Positions 41,206 through 46,577 of a DNA stretch of 46,577 nucleotides are shown here, in pieces (the stretch's first letter is position 1; every line of letters starts with the position of its first letter). The notes under the pieces are model-generated. The model had not been told where the DNA came from, did not search any database, and was given only the letters and a program-made list of their open reading frames with translations. This stretch comes from a virus. The stretch is from positions 1 to 46,577 of IMG/VR virus record IMGVR_UViG_3300032144_000020; one strand, written 5' to 3'. The position numbers and the translations under genes are program-made.

Positions 41206-41737
41206 CTGGAGGCCCATTCCTGGCTGGCCGTACTCGGCCTCTTCCCTTGGGAGAATCGCCCGAAGGCTGCATGCCGGCAGGGGCAGGCACGGTCCGCCAG
41301 CGCCGCTAAGCGAGTACATCAGCAAGAACGGATACGCATACGTGGTCTTGGTTGGAGAAGGAGGGCGGAGGCGGATGCGCTCCACCGTGCACTCGCTCAT
41401 CTGCGAGGCATTCCACGGCCAAAGGCCAAGAGGCATGGAGGTGCGCCACCTGAACGGAAACAGGCGCGACAACAGATCGGAGAACCTCTCGTGGGGTACG
41501 CGCTCCGAGAACGCGGCCGACAGGCTGCGCCACGGAACTGACTGGAACGGAGACAAGCACAAGAGCCGCGTTCTGAGCGGGGCCGTCGTCATTGATCTGC
41601 GAACGCGCAGAAAGCGCGGCGACACATACGCAAAGATCTCCAAGGACACAGGGATAGGCTACTCAACCGCCTACAAGGCCATTCGCGGCGCGTCCTGGCG
41701 ATCCGTGGGAGAAGAACGAGGAGGCTGCTACAGGTGA
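41195..41737 (+). CDS. HNH homing endonuclease (NUMOD4-like N-terminus, HNH_3 core, C-terminal HTH)
   Basis: WRPIPGWPYSASSLGRI, NGYAYVVL, VHSLICEAFHG, VRHLNGNRRDNRSENLSWGTRSEN and GDTYAKISKDTGIGYSTAYKAIRG support the call. AGGAGG lies 6 nt upstream. Confidence 0.85.
   Translation: MGGDWRPIPGWPYSASSLGRIARRLHAGRGRHGPPAPLSEYISKNGYAYVVLVGEGGRRRMRSTVHSLICEAFHGQRPRGMEVRHLNGNRRDNRSENLSWGTRSENAADRLRHGTDWNGDKHKSRVLSGAVVIDLRTRRKRGDTYAKISKDTGIGYSTAYKAIRGASWRSVGEERGGCYR
41196..41730 (+). mobile_element. Free-standing HNH endonuclease insertion bounded by 13-bp direct repeat
   Basis: GAGGAGGCTGCTA occurs at 41183..41195 and 41718..41730, and GGTGA follows each copy a few bases later. The insert duplicates the end of the nuclease gene together with the SD of the next gene. 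Confidence 0.6.
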
Positions 41738-42243
41738 CGTACGCTATCGGTGTCTGGTGTGGGTCTGCGTCCAAGGCGCTCCTTCAGCCCGTTATGGAAG
41801 GCATGCCGCTGCTGCGCCTCACCATGCGGCGCGTCCACTTCCAGCGCTATGCGCTCATCCCGTGGACGGCTGACCTCGACCACTTGGAGAAGGAGGTCAA
41901 GTCCTGGCCCGGCCAGCACGCGCGCCGCTGCCACCCTGACGAGCGCCTCGCCATGCGCGACCTCGTGACGGAGCTGCGCGTGGACTGCGGCCTGATCGTC
42001 CATGGCACCTGCGGCCTCATCGACCACCAGGAGATCTCGCTCGCCATCGCGTACATGGAGGCCGGCTTCGAGAAGTACGAGAGCGCGACGCTCCGCGCCT
42101 ACCCCAAGGCCACCTGGCTCGGGTTCCGCGACACCGACGAGTGGTCCGTCCCCATGGACATCGACTCGATCCGCCGCCTGCACGCGGCCGAGGAGCGAGA
42201 GAAGCTGCCCCTCCGGGGGATCAGAGCGAGAGAAGCTCCCTGA
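41734..42243 (+). CDS. Hypothetical protein, 169 aa
   Basis: GTGA overlap start. It is the last gene of the plus arm and overlaps the convergent 129-aa ORF by 23 nt. Confidence 0.55.
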   Translation: MTYAIGVWCGSASKALLQPVMEGMPLLRLTMRRVHFQRYALIPWTADLDHLEKEVKSWPGQHARRCHPDERLAMRDLVTELRVDCGLIVHGTCGLIDHQEISLAIAYMEAGFEKYESATLRAYPKATWLGFRDTDEWSVPMDIDSIRRLHAAEEREKLPLRGIRAREAP

Positions 42244-42610
42244 CCTTGATCTCGTGGACGACGGGGATGTACCCCTGCGTCGCGTGCGGCAGTAGGGCCG
42301 ACACGCGGTACGTGTGGCCCCCCTCCCAGGAGACGTTGTTCGACGTCACCTCCGTCCGGAAGTTGAACCCGTCGCGGTCAACGTCCCAGGTCTGGAGCGA
42401 GTTGAACACCACGGCCGACACGGCCACCGTGTTCGAGTAGACGACGGTCGAGGGCGTGGCGCTCCCGGTGTCGTAGACGCGGATCACGACGCTGCCCGAG
42501 AAGTCCGACTGGATGCAGACATTCCCGTCCCGGTCCACGACGCGGGCCGCCGGGTACTTCGTCCCTGCCTCGAAAGCCTCGGACGTCCAGACGCGCGGGG
42601 GCGTTGCCAT
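42221..42610 (-). CDS. Hypothetical beta-rich protein, 129 aa (last gene of the minus arm)
   Basis: Track ORF whose composition is typical of a small beta-sandwich virion accessory protein. Confidence 0.5.
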   Translation of the reverse strand: MATPPRVWTSEAFEAGTKYPAARVVDRDGNVCIQSDFSGSVVIRVYDTGSATPSTVVYSNTVAVSAVVFNSLQTWDVDRDGFNFRTEVTSNNVSWEGGHTYRVSALLPHATQGYIPVVHEIKVRELLSL

Positions 42611-42612
42611 GG

Positions 42613-42768
42613 CTAGTACCCGTGGGCCTTCTTGAACCGGACAGACTTAGCCTTCGCGCGGTCGTGGGCCGCGAACTCGCAGCCGACCTTCTTCGGGATG
42701 CCGAGCTTCGACTTTCCCGCGCACGCGGCGGCCATCGCTCCGGCCTGGGCTTTGGTCTTGGACGGCAT
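42613..42768 (-). CDS. Small basic protein, 51 aa (possibly DUF3008-like)
   Basis: Hand translation of 52 codons gives MPSKTKAQAGAMAAACAGKSKLGIPKKVGCEFAAHDRAKAKSVRFKKAHGY. It fills the gap between two genes and is below the track cutoff. The family guess is from memory. Confidence 0.4.
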   Translation of the reverse strand: MPSKTKAQAGAMAAACAGKSKLGIPKKVGCEFAAHDRAKAKSVRFKKAHGY

Positions 42769-42776
42769 GGCGTGGA

Positions 42777-44201
42777 CTATAGCACCGCACCCGCGACTGC
42801 CCCACCGGCGAGCGTAGTCCCGCGCACCGCCCCGGCCGTTAGCGTTGTCCCCTGGGGGAGGGCGTTTGTCACGATGGTATTCGTGAGGCTAGCCGTGGCG
42901 TCGAGGATGTCGACCGTCTCCTGGACGACGAGTGAGGTCGCCCCGCGGAGGATCGCCTCGTCGGTGATGTCCTCCGTCTCGATGTGGGTGCGGGCCTCAG
43001 CGGCGGCTCCAAGCGCGAAGACGAGCATCCGCCCGGCCGTTGCCGTCGTGAAGTTGAGGGTGAAGCCCGTGGCATCCAGGCTCACGACCGTCCCAACGAC
43101 CGCATCCGTGCCGGCGTCGTTCAAGACATGGATGGCCTTGGCGGAGGCGAAGAGGGAGGAGCTGGCCGGCGTTGAGACGCCCTCGTCCACGCGCTCCGAG
43201 GCCGCAAGCTGCTGGGTCCCGTCGAAGAGGAACACGCCCTCGGTGGCGACCGTGGCCCCGTCGACGATCGTGTCCTCCGAGGTGATGAGGGAGGCCACCC
43301 CGAAGACGACCCTAGGCTTGAGCCCAAGGCCCGTGAACGAGGCGTTGCCCGTGCCGCTCGGTAGCGTCTCGACCGCGATCTGGAAGGTGGCGTCGGTGTC
43401 GAGCTTCACGGCCATGCAGGGGCCGATGCCGCTGGCGCTCGTGAAGCCAGTGGACGTGATCGTGGCGACCGAGAGGCCGTCGAGGTCGATGCCGGTGTTC
43501 CCCGTCACCTCTAGGGCGCAGGAGCCGTTGCGGAGGATGCCGTCACAGTCAGACGGGTCGGAGAGGCGGTTCCACTCGGCACCCAGGACCGCCTGCTTGA
43601 TCGGGCTCTTGTCCACGACGAGGCCAAAGCCAGGAACGCCGTCGTTCGTGACGCCGCCTAGGTTGTTGCCCGTCGTCGGGTTGACGAAGATGAACGAGGG
43701 CCGGAACTCGCTTCCAACCGGACCCGTGGTCGTAGTGGTGCCGCCGGAGTCCACGATCCAGGAGTCCACGACGCCCGAGATGAGCAGCGCGAAGCCCTCG
43801 TAGGCCGCCGCCGGGGCCGTCACCCACTCGATCCTGACGCCGTTGGTCAGGGCCGCGTTGAACCGCGCCGCCGCCTCGATCGTGTTCCCCGTAGGGTCGA
43901 TCATGGAGATGCAGCGTCCTGCGGAGGAGGTCTGGCTCGTCCCCTTGTTGTGGAGCGACTGGAGGGAGGAAACTCCGCCGTTCCTGGCGCGATTGGAGAG
44001 CACCATGGCGTGCCCGCGGCTGTTGGCTGCCCCTCGAGAGAGCCTCGCCGTCGTGGCCGTCCCGGCCCCTCCAGAGCGCCCCGAGAGGAAGAAGATGGCG
44101 ACGCCGCCCGTGTCCCAGCCCGAGATGTCCGAGGACGTGATGTCCTGGGTCCCCGTGCTCGTCAGCGTCGTGAAGGGGACGATGGCGTAGCGGGTCGTCA
44201 C
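42777..44201 (-). CDS. Fibre/receptor-binding-like protein, paralog 2, 474 aa
   Basis: It has three internal modules, each opening with an (F/W/K)-P-x-x-x-F type strand (GGVAIFFLSG, FRPSFIFVNP, LKPRVVFGVA). Two ETE.ITD-type repeats follow. The Gly/Ala/Thr tail GTTLTAGAVRGTTLAGGAVAGAVL is shared with paralog 1. GTGA overlap start. Confidence 0.55.
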   Translation of the reverse strand: MTTRYAIVPFTTLTSTGTQDITSSDISGWDTGGVAIFFLSGRSGGAGTATTARLSRGAANSRGHAMVLSNRARNGGVSSLQSLHNKGTSQTSSAGRCISMIDPTGNTIEAAARFNAALTNGVRIEWVTAPAAAYEGFALLISGVVDSWIVDSGGTTTTTGPVGSEFRPSFIFVNPTTGNNLGGVTNDGVPGFGLVVDKSPIKQAVLGAEWNRLSDPSDCDGILRNGSCALEVTGNTGIDLDGLSVATITSTGFTSASGIGPCMAVKLDTDATFQIAVETLPSGTGNASFTGLGLKPRVVFGVASLITSEDTIVDGATVATEGVFLFDGTQQLAASERVDEGVSTPASSSLFASAKAIHVLNDAGTDAVVGTVVSLDATGFTLNFTTATAGRMLVFALGAAAEARTHIETEDITDEAILRGATSLVVQETVDILDATASLTNTIVTNALPQGTTLTAGAVRGTTLAGGAVAGAVL

Positions 44202-46060
44202 AGGGTCGTCCCCCGGGCGCTGCCGGCCATGAGTACAGCGCCAGCCACCGCCCCGCCCTGGAGGACAGTGCCGCGCCAGCCGGCGAGGGTGCGCCGGTCG
44301 GCGAACGCCACCTCATCCGTGATCGTCTCCGTCTCGTCCACGGTCAGCACGCGGCCCGTGATGAGGATGGCTTGGTCGGTGATCGTCTCCGTGTCTGTGG
44401 CGATCGCGAGCGCCGCCCCGACGAGCTGGGTGACGTCGGAGATCTCCTCGGTCTCCGTCGTGACGATCTTGCTGACGACGAGGACCGCGACGTCGAGGAT
44501 GTCCTCCGTCTCGTTGACGGCCGCGTGTGGCGTGAGCGCCACGAAAGCGTCAGTGATGTCCTCCGTCTCGTCCGCGACGAGATTCGCATTGGCGGACTGA
44601 TCCAGCTCGGCCGCGTCGTCGATGTGCTCGTCCTCGTTGACGACGAGGAAGAGGTTCTGGATCAGGACAGGAGAGTCGGTGATCGTCTCCGTGTCGCTGT
44701 CCGTGATCCGGTTGACCTTGAGGACTACGGCGTCGCTGATCTGCTCCGTCTCGGAGATCACCAGCCGCTTGTGCTGGATCAGAATCGGCGTGTCAGTGAT
44801 CTGCTCGGTGTCGTTCCCGAGCAGCGGCACGCCGCCGATGGCGTAGTAGAACGAATACTTCGCCGTGCCAGCGGCCGAGGTGACGTTGACCGTGAACCCG
44901 CGCGTGTCGAATGAGACGAGCGTGGCTGACCAGAAGATGCCGCCCGCGTTGTCGAGCACGCGGATCAGGTCTGAGGACGTGACCGAGCGCGTGTCGGTCG
45001 GGGTGAAGTTGTCCTCTGTCTGGTAGGTGAACGCCTGCGTAGCAGTGAGGTCGCCCGAGCCGTCGGAGTAGTGGCCCGAGACGAGCGTTCCGCCGCCGAT
45101 GGTGTCCGTCGCCTCCAGGGACGAGCCGATCGCCCCCAGGAACTTCGGCCGCCACCCGGGGTCGGTGCGGGCCTTGTTGCCCGTGCTCGTCGTACCGATG
45201 TCTAGCCAGCCGCACCAGACTGGGACCGTGCCGGTCCCGATGAGGAGCTGCATGGTCGGGATGGCAGTCGCCACGTCCCTCGTGGTGAACGTCGCCCCGT
45301 CTGAGTTGAAGGCCGTCAGCTCCAGGGATCCGTTGTCTGTGGCCGCACCTACGGCAGAGACGGCGATCGCCTGGGCAATGCGGTTCGTGCGCCCTGCGCC
45401 GCCGGCGTGCGACGACAGCGCCACGTTGTCGCGGTCGTGGAGCGCGTAGCAGCCCTGGAGGATGGACCCAGCCGTCAGCGTCGAGACGCCGAGCGAGATC
45501 TGGGATGTGTTGAAGGCCGTGTCGGCGGCAAAGGCGTTGATGGAACTCCACGCCATCACCATCGTCGGGGCGAAGGAGAGGCCCGTGACCGATGCCGTGC
45601 CGTTGACTGAGCCGGAGCCAGTCAGCTCCTTCACGGAGCAGGAGACATCATCCCCGTAGACGAACGTGACCTCGACGATGAAGGCCGCCGCCGCCACCGT
45701 GTCGATGTTGATGCGTACGCCGTCAGTGATCCACGAATTGAACGACGCCTCAGCGCCGACCGCGCCCGCGACCGTGTTGAAGTAGATGACGGTCGTCGTG
45801 TCGATCCGACCGCCGGTGTTAGATGTCGCCTGGTTGTTCTGTGAGAAGCACGAGAAGGCGCGGCTCGTCGTGCCGTCCGTGATGCCCCAGCCCTCGCGGG
45901 CTGTCGCCACGTTGGTCCCGGCCGTGATCCCGCCGCCGATCTTGAAGATGGCGGCCTTGGGCGTCCCGATCCCGGCGATCGTGATGTCGCGCGTGAACGG
46001 GGTCGTCCCCGACGTGTTGAACGCGAAGCTGGTGGTCTTGAACTGGACGCCAGTAGCCAC
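44198..46060 (-). CDS. Fibre/receptor-binding-like protein, paralog 1, 620 aa
   Basis: It has three modules (TPKAAIFKIGG, FAPTMVMAWS, WRPKFLGAIGS), nine C-terminal ETE.ITD repeats, and the tail GTVLQGGAVAGAVLMAGSARGTTL. It is Thr/Ser/Gly rich. Confidence 0.55.
   Translation of the reverse strand: MATGVQFKTTSFAFNTSGTTPFTRDITIAGIGTPKAAIFKIGGGITAGTNVATAREGWGITDGTTSRAFSCFSQNNQATSNTGGRIDTTTVIYFNTVAGAVGAEASFNSWITDGVRINIDTVAAAAFIVEVTFVYGDDVSCSVKELTGSGSVNGTASVTGLSFAPTMVMAWSSINAFAADTAFNTSQISLGVSTLTAGSILQGCYALHDRDNVALSSHAGGAGRTNRIAQAIAVSAVGAATDNGSLELTAFNSDGATFTTRDVATAIPTMQLLIGTGTVPVWCGWLDIGTTSTGNKARTDPGWRPKFLGAIGSSLEATDTIGGGTLVSGHYSDGSGDLTATQAFTYQTEDNFTPTDTRSVTSSDLIRVLDNAGGIFWSATLVSFDTRGFTVNVTSAAGTAKYSFYYAIGGVPLLGNDTEQITDTPILIQHKRLVISETEQISDAVVLKVNRITDSDTETITDSPVLIQNLFLVVNEDEHIDDAAELDQSANANLVADETEDITDAFVALTPHAAVNETEDILDVAVLVVSKIVTTETEEISDVTQLVGAALAIATDTETITDQAILITGRVLTVDETETITDEVAFADRRTLAGWRGTVLQGGAVAGAVLMAGSARGTTL
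44297..44815 (-). repeat. Nine imperfect 57-63 bp in-frame tandem repeats (19-21 aa, core E-T-E-x-I-T/S-D-x-x-x-L)
   Basis: The units are NDTEQITDTPIL.., ETEQISDAVVL.., TETITDSPVL.., EHIDDAAEL.., ETEDITDAFVAL.., ETEDILDVAVL.., ETEEISDVTQL.., TETITDQAIL.. and ETETITDEVAF. At the DNA level the recurring core is gtgatcgtctccgtctc and its variants. Confidence 0.85.
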
Positions 46061-46063
46061 GGT

Positions 46064-46577
46064 CTAGGGCAGGCGGGCTTCCAGCCACGCAGTCATCTGC
46101 GCGACCTTCGCGGCCTTCGTCGGGTCGGCGATCAGGTTGATCGTCTCGCCTGGATCCAGGAGGAGGTCGTACATCTCATCCCCGGCGGCCGTGCGGCGGA
46201 GCTTGTACCGGACGCCCCGGGCGCACACGTCGAGCGGCCACAGTGAGTCCGCGAGCTGCCCGCATAGCACGAAGTCGTGGGCCGCGAGCGCCCCGGCCAT
46301 GAGCGGATGGAGGTCCACCCCGTCGCCGATGTCGTGGCCGGCGAGCGTCGAGGGTATGTCTACGACGTGAACCAAGGCAGGGCTGGAGCCGTGCGGGATG
46401 CCGACACCGGCCATCACGAGGGGAACGTGGGTGCCGCCATCCAGGCTCGTTCCCTTTGCGCCGCCCACTTCGACAGGGGCACCGTTGTCTCCGAGGAGGA
46501 CGACCGTCGTCGTCTGGAGGTCGATGGCGGCCATGATCGTCCCGAGCTGGGCGTCAGCCGCGACGAGCATCGCCTCG
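46064..46577 (-). CDS. Same sulfatase gene, C-terminal part (stop at 46064..46066)
   Basis: The 168-aa track ORF is in frame with 1..807. It carries VVLLGDNGAP, GGTHVPLVMAGVG, VVDIPSTLAG and MYDLLLDPGETINL, which are typical sulfatase C-terminal motifs. The joined gene is 1194 nt / 397 aa. Confidence 0.9.
   Translation of the reverse strand, partial: EAMLVAADAQLGTIMAAIDLQTTTVVLLGDNGAPVEVGGAKGTSLDGGTHVPLVMAGVGIPHGSSPALVHVVDIPSTLAGHDIGDGVDLHPLMAGALAAHDFVLCGQLADSLWPLDVCARGVRYKLRRTAAGDEMYDLLLDPGETINLIADPTKAAKVAQMTAWLEARLP
46451..46577. repeat. Terminal overlap, copy 2 (identical to 1..127)
   Basis: Same 127-nt string as 1..127. The unique genome length is therefore 46450 bp. Confidence 0.95.

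Noticed and set aside
42777-46060. Diversity-generating retroelement acting on the paralogous fibre genes or on the AATX array
   Set aside because: No reverse transcriptase ORF exists anywhere in the genome. I found no template/variable repeat pair with adenine-specific differences. The variation in the AATX array is whole-codon, not A-to-N.

Overview
The window is one complete, circularly closed dsDNA phage genome. Its unique length is 46,450 bp, because bases 1..127 recur exactly at 46451..46577. It is high in G+C and almost fully coding.

Architecture: two arms diverge from a roughly 500-bp ORF-free region (28295..28793) and converge, overlapping, at 42221..42243.

Minus arm (podovirus-like order, reading from 28.3 kb downward and through the circular junction):
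- three small ORFs, then terL
- a five-gene sugar operon
- portal, three small ORFs, scaffold, major capsid, a decoration-like ORF and an adaptor-like ORF
- a reverse-oriented HNH-like ORF
- a 1315-aa tail/nozzle protein and two small ORFs
- three internal (ejection-type) proteins of 290, 398 and 1150 aa
- two small membrane/lipoprotein ORFs
- a glycan island: NeuB-family synthase, beta-helix protein, a second Maf-like ORF
- a lipoprotein sulfatase that spans the junction
- two paralogous fibre-like genes, then two small ORFs (51 aa and 129 aa) that close the arm at 42221

Plus arm (28.8-42.2 kb):
- small early-type ORFs and HTH regulators
- a 489-aa protein with 43 tandem Ala-Ala-Thr-X repeats
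- a methyltransferase / IolB-cupin / SDR / ATP-grasp cluster
- a metzincin-motif protein
- a Cas4-like nuclease and an HNH homing endonuclease
- an embedded minus-strand block at 36992..38246

Most interesting:
1. A nonulosonic-acid type sugar pathway plus two Maf-like transferases, translationally coupled between terminase and portal.
2. The (AATX)43 repeat protein, a possible dedicated glycan acceptor.
3. A second sugar-tailoring cluster, a sulfatase and a beta-helix protein.
4. A leader-plus-terminator region in front of the late operon.
5. Three small genes, each bounded by 13-18 bp direct repeats that duplicate a translation-initiation region.

I recognised no DNA polymerase, primase, helicase, integrase, endolysin, tRNA, CRISPR array or reverse transcriptase. 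All functional calls rest on motif recognition by eye and from memory. No database search was run.
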